A stretch of 64,000 nucleotides of DNA, from contig OZ024741.1 of NCBI GenBank assembly GCA_964016885.1, positions 135,222,001 to 135,286,000 of the forward strand. Direction: 5' to 3'. Made by a program: the position numbers and the translations under genes. The DNA is from Eledone cirrhosa (taxonomy: Eukaryota). Positions 28,401 through 41,020 of the stretch are shown here, piece after piece (position 1 is the first letter of the stretch; every line of letters begins with the position of its first letter). Below the pieces are notes generated by a model. It had not been told where the DNA came from. It searched no databases and saw nothing but the letters and a program-made list of their open reading frames with translations.

Positions 28401-28455
28401 ATATATATATATATATATATAGTGAGAAAAACCACAGACCCTCCATCTCAACTCA

Positions 28456-28493
28456 CCTTTTGAAAAGCAGAAGAACTGCGAAACCGGTAAAGG
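28456..28493 (+). ncRNA. Minimal type-I hammerhead-like motif, degenerate core
   Basis: CCTT TTGAAAA GCAG AAGAA CTGC GAAA CCGG TA AAGG: stem I CCTT/AAGG, stem II GCAG/CTGC, palindromic stem III ACCGGT, GUA site. Core is two transitions from CTGAAGA. Confidence 0.6.
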
Positions 28494-28562
28494 AACCAAA
28501 TAAATATATATATTTAAAAAAAAAATAAGACTTCAGTTGCATTTTCGATTTCATCTCTTTTT

Positions 28563-28646
<84 letters not shown>

Positions 28647-28657
28647 TTATACATACA

Positions 28658-29400
28658 TCTGTATATATAAAGCTAAGGATGTCTGTGTGTGTGTGTGTGT
28701 GTGAGTTTGAATCCCTAAAACTCGAGAAGCACCCAACAGACTTTACACATGTAATACTTATGTTTCAGTGTTCGGAGCAAAAAAAAATTTCAAATTTTCA
28801 ATGCCCCAGGGACCGCATTAGGCGATTTAGCGATCTCCCTCTATAATTCTTAGTCTTTCTCTTTTTAGATAGATACATATATATAACGTCGCGCCCTTAT
28901 AATATCTGTCTGTATATCTGGCTGTCTGCATTACGTCACTTCCCTGAGGATGTCTGTGTGTGTGTGTGTCTGTGAGTTTGAATCCCTAAAACTCGAGAAG
29001 TACCCAACCGACTTTTTTTAAACTTTACATGTGTATTACTTATGTTTCAGGGAGTGTTATGCACATAACCTTTTGATCTCCTAGGACTGCATTAGGTGAA
29101 AAACTGCCTCTTTTCAACTTTTTAGGGTTTTTTTGAGGCGTTACGTCAGACCGATTTTCTTGAAATTATAACTATGTATTAGTCAGCCTCTTCTTCATAC
29201 CGTGAGCAAAGAAAATCTAACTTTTTTATGGCCTAGGGCCTGCATTAGGTGAAAAACCTCATTTTTTCAGCTTTTTAGGGCTTTTTTGAGGCCTTACGTC
29301 TAGCCGATTTTCCCGAAATTTAAAGGTATATTATGCACATAAACAAATTCATTTTCTTGATCCCCTAGGGCCCGCATTAGGTGAAAATCTGCATATTTCC
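28658..29400 (+). mobile_element. Helitron-like non-autonomous element 5' part with internal repeats
   Basis: Starts A|TCTGTATATATAAAG then GTCTGTGTGTG (same 5' style as the element ending at 5173); internal duplication 28677-28770 / 28947-29050; motif TAGGG.C.GCATTAGG(T)GA recurs at ~28808, 29082, 29235 and 29366. No 3' CTAG end found. Confidence 0.5.
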
Positions 29401-29639
29401 TGCTTCATCGAGGAAAATCTTAAAGATTATCCAGCCATCAGAGTATTCGGTTTATTTTCTTTACATATTGTCCAGGCATGCAGTTTTTCCACGATTACGT
29501 CTGTTGGCGGCCCGCGTTCCAAAATCCTGTGATTGGAAAAGGTTTATATCACTGCCGCTCTTCCCTTTAATTTCTCCTCGGTTACCCCTGTGCACCTTCT
29601 CGATACAAAGTGTTCCTTGCCTGTTAGTCTAACCGTTAT

Positions 29640-29965
29640 CTCATTACATCTCTTGTGTACCTAAAATGTACATTGTGTACATCGTATGAAGTTTATTTCA
29701 CTCCCTTTCTACATATTGAGTAGGGCCACTTCCCTGAAGGAATCAGGGTCCTTTCTTCTTTCCTACTCAGCAGCACTTTAATTTTGGGTAAGTTTACTCA
29801 CAGACCTTCTGATTTCAAATTCTGTTTCCACAGTCGGATCTTATTTTCTATTTCTTTAATGGATTCATTTAAAAGGACCATATCATCTGCATAGAGAAGT
29901 TCGCGACTTGATATTCATTTCAACAAACTTTCCAGTTAAATAACATCAATGACTGAGACCCAAAG
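29640..29965 (-). pseudogene. Very decayed LINE RT fragment
   Basis: Reverse complement of 29878-29902 reads ELLYADDMV (RT YADD motif). Confidence 0.45.
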
Positions 29966-30130
29966 AACAATAATAATAATAATAATAATGGTTTCTTATA
30001 TAGGCACAAGGCCAGTAATTTTGGGGGAGGGGAAAGCCGATTAAATCGACCCAGTGCGTGACTGGTACTTTATTTTATCGACCCCATAAGGATGAAAGGC
30101 AAAGTTAACCTCGGTGGTATTTGAACTCTC

Positions 30131-30409
30131 ATATTTGCGTTCTCATCAGATAAAAGGCATGATATGATGCTTAGAAAACACTTGTTAACAAGGTAGTGTC
30201 TAATCAACATAAATAAATTTAAACGGATTTCCAATCTTCTATATCCGTTTAAATTTATTTATCATATGTTAACAAGTGTTTTCTAAGCATCAGATCATAC
30301 CTCCCTATTTTATCTGATGAGAACGCAAATATCATCCCAGGATGATATTTGCTTTTGAAATGCGTATAATAAAATACATGGAACTTTTTTAACCATCTTT
30401 TAATTTCTT

Positions 30410-30410
<1 letters not shown>
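30131..30410 (+). mobile_element. PLE-terminus-like module with inverted 5' copy (30131-30228) abutting a truncated SINE A (29990-30130)
   Basis: ATATTTGCGTTCTCATCAGATAAAA, GATGCTTAGAAAACACTTGTTAACA and ATAAATAAATTTAAACGGAT all recur inverted at 30243-30332; ends in (TA)n. Confidence 0.85.
30308..30374 (+). ncRNA. Type-I hammerhead ribozyme motif, intact core
   Basis: TTTTAT CTGATGA (30314-20) GAAC-GCAAATATCATC-CCAG-GATGATATTTGC-TTTT GAAA (30357-60) TGCG TA TAATAAAA; long stem II, minimal stem III, GUA site at 30366. Confidence 0.75.
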
Positions 30411-30484
<74 letters not shown>

Positions 30485-30490
<6 letters not shown>

Positions 30491-30869
30491 CAAAATATTA
30501 ACAATTGAAGATATTCACATAATCAAAATATATGCTTTATTATATATATTTCGAAGGTACTGTGTTGTTTTTTTTCCAGTACGTCCTCGTCAGATAAAAT
30601 ATATGATTTGATATATGGCATACCTCTACGGTCTTGATATTTCAATTCCAGTATTGGCAGTCAATAGGACGTACTGGAAAAAAGAAACAACACAGTACCT
30701 TCGAAATATATATATTAAAGCATATATTTTGATTATGTGAATATCTTCATTTGTTAATATTTTGAATAACATTAAAACTCCAGGAATATTTCCTTGTTGA
30801 GTGTTTTTAATCTATTGTAAAACTGTATTCATTGTGTAATCAATTAACCATATTAATATTAGTCTTTGG

Positions 30870-30915
<46 letters not shown>

Positions 30916-30983
30916 CAAAATATTAACAAATGAAGATATTCACATAATCAAAATATATGCTTTATTATATATATTTCGAAGGT
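30485..30983. repeat. Inverted repeat 30487-30587 / 30666-30768 with a third partial copy 30911-30983 after a TA tract
   Basis: TTCAAAATATTAACAA.TGAAGATATTCACATAATCAAAATATATGCTTTA...TTTCGAAGGTA in three copies. Confidence 0.9.
30533..30599 (-). ncRNA. Type-I hammerhead ribozyme motif, intact core
   Basis: Reverse complement: TTTTAT CTGACGA GGAC GTACTG-loop-CAGTAC CTTC GAAA TATA TA TAATAAAG; same stem I/III layout as 30308 with an unrelated stem II. Confidence 0.7.
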
Positions 30984-31028
30984 AAAGTAAAAGAATATAT
31001 CTCTACACGAGCATACTATTTTTTGACC

Positions 31029-31125
<97 letters not shown>

Positions 31126-31176
31126 TGAGGTCAGAAAATAGTATGCTCGTGTAGAGATATATTCTTTTACTTTACC
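30980..31176. repeat. Inverted repeat symmetric about (CT)n(AT)n(AG)n
   Basis: GGTAAAGTAAAAGAATATATCTCTACACGAGCATACTATTTT.TGACCTCATCTCTC / GAGAGATGAGGTCAGAAAATAGTATGCTCGTGTAGAGATATATTCTTTTACTTTACC. Confidence 0.9.
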
Positions 31177-31549
31177 GTGTGCTTGTTAGGGCATCATTTG
31201 TGAAGGGATTTACTAAACTTTAATAGCCCCATTAAACTTTCAGGCACTAATTTTATCATCTACGAAGGCAAATTGTGTAAAGTGGATCTGGGCTAATTCA
31301 GTCAAAATCTCACAAAAGACACACAGAGGGAGGTGGATAGACAGAGCAGAAATAGCACAAAAATGGATAAATACGCAAGACAAGATAGAAAACAATGTCC
31401 GCCTGGTTCCAGTAATGTAATAATCCGGTTTCGATATACACGTACCGACAGAGAAAATCGTTTCTCTACCTCCATTATATATTCATAGGTCAAGTAACTG
31501 AATAGTTGTCATTAGCAAAGCAAAGACACAGACAGACACACTATCTCTA

Positions 31550-31592
31550 CCTCCTCCTCCTACTACTACTACTACTGCTACTGCTGCTGCTG

Positions 31593-31667
<75 letters not shown>
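31550..31667. repeat. (TAC)n/(TGC)n trinucleotide repeat
   Basis: Direct reading; a similar tract lies at 41590-41777. Confidence 0.95.
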
Positions 31668-31668
<1 letters not shown>

Positions 31669-32789
31669 ACACGCACACACATATATTTATATATACGTAC
31701 ATAGATACTTGTGTGTGTGTGTGTACACCATTGTGTAGAAATGTTTATGTGTGCATTAATATATGCATACATATATTGTGCACTGCTATCCAAAGGTTGG
31801 CTGTATAGACAATGTATCTCCGATTCAATATCATTATTTGTATTTGTGAAATGAATGCAGCAGGGGGAAGGAGGGGAGAGAGAAAGAGAGAGAAAGAGGG
31901 TTATATAGAATACACACCTAGTCAATAATGAATGAAATATTTAATAAAGGGTATCACCGAAGTAGATAATTGCTATGATTAATATTTATACCTCGTTGAA
32001 GGGTTTTACTATAGCACCCAACCACATGTATTGTTTCATTGTTTGATCCGGTTAAGCACAAGCGATATTAAACGATCTTTTATATTCTTTTTGCTGTTTT
32101 GTTTGTTAGTTGGTTTTTGGCTTTAGTTTTTCATCTCGATCCTATTAATACGACATGCTGGCGGGACGAAAGCGCGGAGATAAATACCTTGCATTTATAT
32201 AAGTGTCTGTGATAGTTTATTTATATATATATTGTTTTAATATATTTTGTATATAGTTCTTTCTTTAGGTTTTGCGTGTTCTGCTTCGGTGAATAATTTG
32301 ATGAATATATTCGATATGGTTCATTAAATCTGGCACCAAATAAATGAATAAATTAACTCTCATTTGTAGTCAAAACTTTTCAATTCATCACATGTTTCTG
32401 ATATGATCCTAAAATCTATATTTTTATCTAACTGGATATACAAACAGGGCCGATGAACTCCTCGGAGTCAACAGCCATCCACCCTAACTATGGGTTAAAT
32501 AGTCTCACCAACACGCAATTGGCCAAGGCTACATCACTGACATGGCCAAAACAAAACAGAAAGTGGTGGATGTGGATGTCAACCAGAGAGGGGTTCCAAC
32601 AGGCGTGAAATAGCCTTTGGATTGGATTAGATTGGATATAAAATTAGAAACCATGTTTGTCAGTTATTTGTAGGTAAAATTTTAAAGATAAATATACCCG
32701 CCTCGAAAAACCACACTCACACAAAACAAACACATACTAACACCTATCTATTTATATTTGTGGGTGTTTGTATGTTCGGAAGGCAATGC

Positions 32790-33150
32790 ACGAAGGAAGG
32801 GTAGACTTTGAAAAAAGCCGTATAGAGCTCAGCAGTGTGCTTGAAAGACCATTGAGATCAGTTTGTGTATCTTGTGCTGCAGATCGATTTGACTTGTAAA
32901 GAATGTGACCGGTTATGTCAAAATAAAGCAGGCCTTAGAAACCATATTCACAAGGACCCTGTCATCTATGCATTGTATGGCATTTCTGTTTGCAGGGAGT
33001 GTGGAAAAGAATGTGTCCATCAGTTAGTGAACTGAAACGTCATATGAAAATGCACCAAAGCAGCATCAATACGCTTAGTGCGAAAGGACACCATCGTTGC
33101 GATATGTGTGCAAAAAGTATGTGGGTCCTTATCGAGACTAAAAATCTACG
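32790..33150 (+). pseudogene. Decayed RTE 3' end with C2H2 finger remnants, related to 56490-56936
   Basis: CKECDRLCQNKAGLE..., CRECGKEC...LKRHMKMH and HRCDMCAK, compared with CSVCARLCLSRAGLESH / CQTCGRECKSAGGLKRHAKVH. Confidence 0.6.
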
Positions 33151-33210
33151 TCCTTGCTGTTCATTTTTAGGAGTGTCAAGCGATAGCATTGCTCGACATC
33201 TAGTTACGAC

Positions 33211-33267
<57 letters not shown>

Positions 33268-33271
33268 ATAA

Positions 33272-33336
<65 letters not shown>

Positions 33337-34381
33337 AAATGCGCGCGCACACATTTCATAGCTTAGCGGTTCGTAAAAAATGCGATAGATAAAATAATTA
33401 CTAGTCACTAGATGCTATGATCGTCTGAATCTCTTTAAGGTCATGCCCCGGCATAGCCACAGTTTAACAGCTGAAACAAATATAAGAATAAAACACATGC
33501 ACACATGTATATATATATATATATATACTGTAACTCGTTAGGTGAAGTCAAATAAACCATAAAAGGATATTGGAACCGGATTGCAAACCTGGTTTACTGC
33601 GTACCTAAAACTAAACAACCATTCAATATATAACTTTGAAACTGAACATTGTGTCATGAAATTTGTTACAATCGATTTTTGTTTGAAAAGAATTAAGATT
33701 GTTTACCAATAAAAGATTTTTTATCAAACAACATGTACTTTTAATTTTTCATTGGATTCTTTGTGATCTACACAATGCCTAAAACATGGTTTTGTTTGTA
33801 AAATTCTTAATTTATTGTTCATTGTTATGAAGATTTAACTCAAAGAAGACAACACTGCCTATACAAATATGGTTCCGATTTTGAAAAAAATTTCTTGATG
33901 TATTATTTAATTGGTGTTATTATTTTTATATAATTAACTATTTGTTAATTAACGTATTCGATTTCAAATGACTTTCCTCCGCCTTTTACCGTTTCCTTCA
34001 ATTCACTGCTCCTGTTGTATTTATTGTTGTTTTGTTGTTTAGCCACAGGTCATTTTTCAATGAACAAATGTATGATCTCAGGCGTTTCAGCTCTAACCTC
34101 CCAGTTTTTGTTTCCACGCACTCTATCTATGACTATGTTACTCGACTTGTCCATTTAATCGCTATTCTATTTCTAGAATATCATGCGGTATCGTAGAGCT
34201 TCCACGCTGACTTGTTTACTGATTTCATCGTGTGGAGTGGTTTAAGTAACTCAGTCCAAAGTTTCGAACTCTGGCTAAGGCAGGCCATTGAAAAACATAT
34301 AACATGGATCTGTTATTTTTATCTAAAGACATTTTTTCCAATTCCATCCCGCCCGTCCCCTCAATCTTATTTCTCATTCTT

Positions 34382-34417
34382 TCTTCTGATGAAGGACTAG
34401 CGTCCGAAACGTTAAGA
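34382..34417 (+). ncRNA. Minimal PLE-type hammerhead ribozyme motif
   Basis: TCTT CTGATGA A GGAC TAGC GTCC GAAA CG TT AAGA: stem I TCTT/AAGA, stem II GGAC/GTCC, palindromic AACGTT stem III. Confidence 0.75.
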
Positions 34418-34551
34418 CCCTCTTCCTGCTATATCTGAACTAAGCCTTCAGTATTAGAATGGCGGGAATCTAGCTGAACTTATCAAGGGGTACAGTCTAT
34501 ATATGGGCATGCTGTCGAAACGGCTGGAGCTCAGCCGTTGTGGTCCTGACT

Positions 34552-34606
<55 letters not shown>

Positions 34607-34712
34607 ATACAGTATGTTGAAAAGGAAACACACTAGAGAGAGATACAGTGCGCTATCAATAAAAAAGGGAAAAACCACCAGTGTATGGAATCTATAACCG
34701 TTAATGTATCGT

Positions 34713-34785
<73 letters not shown>

Positions 34786-34861
34786 GTATATATATAATAG
34801 AAAAAAAGATAAAACAGTGGAAAATAACAGCAAAACATTTATTTACAAAAAAAGAATTTAT

Positions 34862-34899
34862 CGTACCGGTTTCAGCCACAAGGGCTTCTTCATGCTACG
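34862..34899 (-). ncRNA. Minimal hammerhead-like motif (core ATGAAGA)
   Basis: Reverse complement: ATGAAGA AGCC CTTGT GGCT GAAA CCGG TA; lies in an AT-rich module next to a (TA)n tract; stem I is weak. Confidence 0.5.
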
Positions 34900-35510
34900 G
34901 AAGTGTATAAGAAAATTTATAGTATAAGAATATGATATAAAATAACATGGTTTACATACATATATATAGAAGCGTTCACACTTTTGTTTATCACTTTCTC
35001 TCTTTCTCTTCTTGGTGGTGACTATAATTGCAGCATTTGTAGTGAAAGTAGCAGAGGAGAACTAACTCGTTCTATGTTCTTGGCATTGACCTCGACTGTA
35101 GTGGTAGTAGTGGTAGTAGTAGAGAGGAAGAAGGGGAAGGAGAATCAAGAAGTAGAAGAAGAAGAAGAAGAAGGGAAAGGGGAGATGTGTGGTAGTAATA
35201 AAAAGGTTATATCAAAGAAGGAAGAGAAAGACGAAGGAGTGGGCGAAGCAGAAGGGGACGACCGGGAGTTGTAGTAGTAATAGTATACCTATTAATAGTC
35301 GTAAAGGGAGCTGTCCGAGTGACCTTAAAGTTGAATGAGGGAGTAATTGTTTCTAAATATCTTAGTACTTCTGTCGGTAATGCTCGCTTTCTTAGTTTGT
35401 TAAAAAATGACCTGCAGTGTGATTGTTTCTAAAGATATCTATCTTCCTTAATTTGTCCATTGGTGTTAATGTTGGGTGCTCGTTGAAGTTTATATATATA
35501 TATATATATA

Positions 35511-35585
<75 letters not shown>

Positions 35586-38500
35586 AAAATTTCGCTCTAT
35601 ATGGCTGAATACAATAAATGTAATCTGAGTTTTTCGAATATTAATAATAAGATTCGATTCGTTTGCAATTTTGCAAACAAGCCTCAATTTTATAGCCATG
35701 TCAGTAGAATGAACACTTTATTCTTGCTCTTGTATTGGTATGCGAACAAAACTGCAGACACTAATGTTTCTGGGTATCACCCTTCATCAGTACAGCTCAC
35801 TGTTCATCTGCCAAACTGTCAGAGCTAGTGAAAATATATGCTATTTATGTTCATGCACTGAACAAAGGTGCTATGAAAGATTTCAAGGCCCAAACTTGAC
35901 CAAACCTCCAGAATACACGAGGCATCAAATTAGCGACCGTTCACCATGCGCTTACACGAGTTTATAAGATACTGTTAAAAGTAAAGTTTGCTATAAATGC
36001 GTGTTGACGAAAAAAAAAAAAACGCAATACAACAAAGGGAAATAACTCCAAGATCGACCACATGTTTGTGTTCGTATACTATAGTGCCAGTATTGTGGAA
36101 TACAATATAGAAATGGCAATATTTATTAATGTATGAATTAGAGTAGGTTAAAAAGAGTATTATGTAAGTGTGGAAAGAGAAGGAAAAGATATAACGGAAG
36201 CATATAAATCAAATTTAGGAGGTTGAAAATCAGTCAAATTTGTTTAGAATTTGCACTTAGCAAGCAGTTGCTTTGAGACGTACGCATCCCCTAAAAATTT
36301 CGCTCTTTGTGTGCAAATAAATATTCTTCGGTGATGACAAACCTTGTAATATCTTACATTTCTCATTCAGACAGAGACGACATTTTTTGGTACCGTTGGT
36401 GTAATGACTGGATCTTTCAAGTATTTTTAAAGAGATCTTATGTGGGGACTCCTTACTACTTTAATTGTCAGACTTTTTGTCATGGCTTTACTGGTTCTCA
36501 TACCAGGATTTCTTTCGAAGTACCAGTGAAGTACCAGTAAAGTACTAGGTAGATTTAATCGACTTATCCCCCCCCCCTCCTAAAATGTTGGCCTTGTGCC
36601 TAAATTAGAAATCAGTATTTGACAGAAGTGAAATATTATTTAAAGCTATGACATATAGTTTTAGCTGGGCTTGTATGAGGCTGTATTTCATAGGAAGGTT
36701 CTCGTGTGTTTTAATGACAGAGCCCCAGTATTTTGAAAAGCAGCACGCAATGAAGCGTTTGCTCAAAATCACTGTACCACTTGGTCTAGAAATCGATCCC
36801 ATCACCACATGGTAGTGATTTCAACACATTAATCACTAGGTTACTGGTTCTAAATTATCTGGAATTTTACCAATAGTTCTAGCCCAAAACATTTGACTTC
36901 TGAGAAATGATTGAGATATTTTATTGCTGTAGAATGAACATAATTTACGATAGGATGTATTGTGGAGAAGCTATTTGTCATCGGGAACCATAAAGTTTGT
37001 TAAAAGTAAATTATTATTTCGATCTTAAACGTGCAGGACATATTAAAGCGGGGGAAAACGTACAAGGGATTTACAGTCGTAGTATATCATTGGTAATTAT
37101 TTTGTTGTTTAGCTCTATGTTGTTGTATGATCAGAGGCATTACTGTCTGACGATTCCACCATTTTGTGTGATATATCAGGGATCACAAGATTGTTCAATA
37201 TGTTGTGCTGTTTTGTTTTAGAGTGTAGAAGTGTGATTGGAAGGATATTCAGCTTTTATATTGAGAAAGGTCAGAAGAAACGTAGAATTTCCTTTGTAGT
37301 TGCTGAGCCTCTGGTTATCCATGGTCCAGCAGACCTATGATCAAAGCAATACAAGCCATAGGCTGTAGAGTGCTGCTCTATACATTGCATTGTTTTATCT
37401 TATATTTATTATTAGTCGCATCCCTATACCCCTTTTCTTATCTATTCAGACGTCAATAAAATATATATCACTAATAAGGTGATAAAGTGACATTCATTAG
37501 AACGCCGGGTAGAATAATTTGCTCTAGTTATTCCGGCTTTTTTTGTTCCGAGTTCAAATCCCACTCAAATTAAGTTTGACTTTAATGCTTTTGAGGTTCA
37601 CAAAATAGTGTACCAGTCGCGTACAGGTTTCAACTCCTTCTCTGTATCAATTTCTCATTTCTCTCTCACCCTCTATAATTCTCTGGTAGAAATCAGTTCC
37701 AAACTTAAGAGAGATGGATTCCGACAAGTCGAAATGTCTGAGATACGCTGTATGTCAGAGCACGGCCCCTACGACATAAACACTTAAGCGAGTACGGCAT
37801 AGCAGTATTATATTCAATCGGCAAATACCAGCTACGCTAGAAAACGGACTTTGTGTCAAAAGAACTAAGATTGTGTTCGTGTTTTGATTTCTCTATCATG
37901 GCAATCTCTGCAAATCACAAAATCCCCCCAGTACGTTGAAGATTAGTTAGCGATAACACTAACACAAGGAGATTGAGAATAAATGGTCCATATACACCTT
38001 TATTCTAAATATTGAAAATTAGAAAATATAGTCACTAAAACGCAAATAATAGTTGATAAATATAATGATTTAAACAAATCGTGTAAAATACTTTGTGAGA
38101 CGAAGAAAAGTGAACAGGGACACCCGAGAGGCGATTTAACTGTTATAAACATTATCAACTATTATCATAGTTATCTGTATCTGTATTTTGGCGAATATAT
38201 TTTCAAATTTCAAATTCCTCAATGCTTCGTAAGTCAACCAAGTCTTGTTTACACTTCTAAAGATTAGGTTTACTACTGAGAAAAGCGATAAGCTTATTAT
38301 CGTATCTCAGTTTATTCATGTAATCTATTTTCACTTCCTATAAAATCTGATTTCTTGTTTATTTAAGACCCCCCCCCAACCAAAACAACAACAACAACAA
38401 AAAACAAAAAAAAAAAACAAAAAAAAAACAAACAAGCAAACCAATATAATCCTTGATAACGTTATTGTCGAGCAGTGATAAAATATTTGTAAGCGAGGTC

Positions 38501-38611
38501 AAGATATGGTTTAGATTTACAGCTTCGTGCTATGTTATTTAACAGCACCTTCTTTTAAATCTCGAAATAGATGATGTCTTAACATAAAACATTGATTTCG
38601 TTAATCTGTGA

Positions 38612-38822
38612 AGCCACGTAGCTTAGTGGTTAGGTTGTTTGACGCACGATCGTGAGTTCGATTCCCGGCGAGGCGTTGGATTACAACTCATTTTTGGCAG
38701 CTAAATGGATCGGAGCAACTGGAATAAAATGTATTACTGTAAGACGGAACGCACTGCCAGTGTAATCGAACTACCGCATCTACGATCCTGAAATAAACAC
38801 CTTAAACATTACGCCACGCATC
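38612..38822. mobile_element. SINE family B: plus-strand head joined to a minus-strand copy
   Basis: GCTTAGTGGTTAGG...GAGTTCGATTCCCGGCG, then CTCATTTTTGGCAGCT...GGAGCAAC...AATCGAACT...CTTAAACATTACGCCACGC. Confidence 0.6.
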
Positions 38823-39114
38823 TTCAGTTAAAAGTACATAACAGTTAAATCCAAACCAATCCTGTGAAATAAAGACGATTACATTGGCACTCATTTTTCC
38901 GTCTGCGATTGTGGTGTGTCACTATAAATATTGATTTTTAACATGATATATGACAAGGTTTTATAAAATATTTTACTGACTTCCATAAAGTAAATTTATT
39001 AACAGTTTCAATCATTCACATAAGATGTTTTTTCAAACGTAATGTTGATTTATTTAACGTCTCCATTACAGTTGTTTTTAAATGTTTGTACGTGTTGGGA
39101 TATTGATGGCTTTT

Positions 39115-39590
39115 GACAAAATTGGTAGAGAACTGTCAGACAAAATGCTTTTAGCATTTCGTTACGGACATTTACATTCTGCGTTCAAATTCCACCGAAG
39201 CCAATTTTGCCTTTCATTCATCCGAGGTCGATAACATAAAGTACCAGTCAAATAGTGGGGTCGATCTAACCGACTTTCCCCTCACCCAAAATTGTTGGCC
39301 TGATACCTAAATCAGAAACCTTTATTATTTGTCTGCATAGGGGTGGTGAAATGGCGTCTCAGCAGAACGTCGGACAACATGTTTACGGCATAAAGTTACA
39401 GGCTTTACTTTCTACGTTCAAATTCCGCCGAAGTCAATTTCATACTTTCGAGGTTGATAAAATAAAGTACCAGTCACGTACTGTTACTTGACTGGTACTA
39501 TATTTTATCGTCAAGTACTGGTACTTGACGATATAATCAACTTTCCCTTCCCTACAAATTTCTGGCCTTGGGTCTAATTTAGAAACCATC
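39115..39590 (+). mobile_element. Two adjacent SINE family A copies
   Basis: B-boxes GTTCAAATTCC at ~39183 and ~39416; GGTCGATAA..TAAAGTACCAGTCA bodies. Confidence 0.75.
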
Positions 39591-39947
39591 ATGATTATTA
39601 TTTTATTTTCCATTTGTCTCTGGTTGGTTTTTAAAATTGATCTTCTTAAGCACTTTTGTGTCAATTGTTACTAACAGGTATTTAGCTTTCTTCCTTCCTT
39701 TGTTTGTTTGTTTCTTTCTTTCTTTCCCAGCAGTGATATTAAGTATGTCTTTTAATTAGTGTTCATTTCCATCCTTCTTAATGGGCTTTCAGGCCAGATA
39801 TAATAACATTCTAACTAACGGTTGGCAGGTTTAGATTAATGTTTACATTTTCTAATAATGCTACTATACAGCATGTCTTTTCTCCCACACCTTAGACGTC
39901 TATATAAACAACACACACACACACATACACACACACACGCGCGCGTG

Positions 39948-39980
<33 letters not shown>

Positions 39981-40657
39981 ATATATATCCTTACATAAAT
40001 GCATATTCAAATCCATGCCAACTCATATATGCACAACAAAGTCTGTTTGTATGAAGATGCGCGATGTAGTGCTGGGTTCAACTGAAGGTAATAATGTCAT
40101 GTGTTCACTTCCTGGCTTTATTTCACTTTATTTCACGAGACTCCAGTCTATTCATCTAGAGGATTACAACGCTGAATCTCTCTGAGAATTACATTACGGA
40201 TGTACGTTAATTTCACGAGCAAGCTGTTCCATTGTTCGAACAACTGAAACACTCGCCGTCGGAGGTTCAACACAAACTATCCCATGTGCAGTTTCCTCTT
40301 CATATCCTTAGAAATGTTTGTAATAGTTTCAGATGCATGTACTGTCCCGTAACTCCCGAGGGAGTCTTAGGGGCGCAGTGTTGACCTACGGCATTTTGGG
40401 GGCATTTCTTTCTAAAACTGGCGGAGCCCATCTCTTCTCCTGGCCTGAATACAGCAGATGTTTTCCAGAGAAGTATAAAGAGAGTGAGAGAAAGAGATAT
40501 AGAGGAATAATCGATCCTATTACTTGACTGGTACTTTTTATCGACCTCGAATGAATGAGAGACAAAGTTAGTCTCTCAGGGAGCAGAGAGCCGAAACGAA
40601 TACTGCAATACATTCTATCCAACGTTTTAACGACTCTGCCAATTCGCCGCCTATTTC

Positions 40658-41020
40658 ATATAGATACACATAAACAAATACATATTGAAGACCATACCAA
40701 ATCCCTCACATATGTACACTTATATTTGACATAGAATTGTATGTAACAGCTTCACATAAAGATACATAAACAAATACATATTGAAAACCATGCCAACCCT
40801 CTCCTATATGTACAATTATATTTGACATAGAATTGTATGCAACAGCTTTATATAGATACACAAACAAATACATATTGAAAATCATAACAACTCACTCACA
40901 TATTTACACTTATATTTGACATAGGATTGTATGTAACAGCTTCATATAGATACACATAGATTTATACATATTCTAAACCATACCAACCCTCTCCCATATT
41001 TACACTTATATTTGACACAT
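40658..41020. repeat. ~95-bp minisatellite, ~4 copies
   Basis: TATATTTGACATAG(A/G)ATTGTATG recurs with its G at 40734, 40830 and 40924. Confidence 0.85.

Noticed and set aside
38612-38670. tRNA gene
   Set aside because: A/B-box-like head continues into SINE body, with no complete cloverleaf; the same applies to the other SINE heads.
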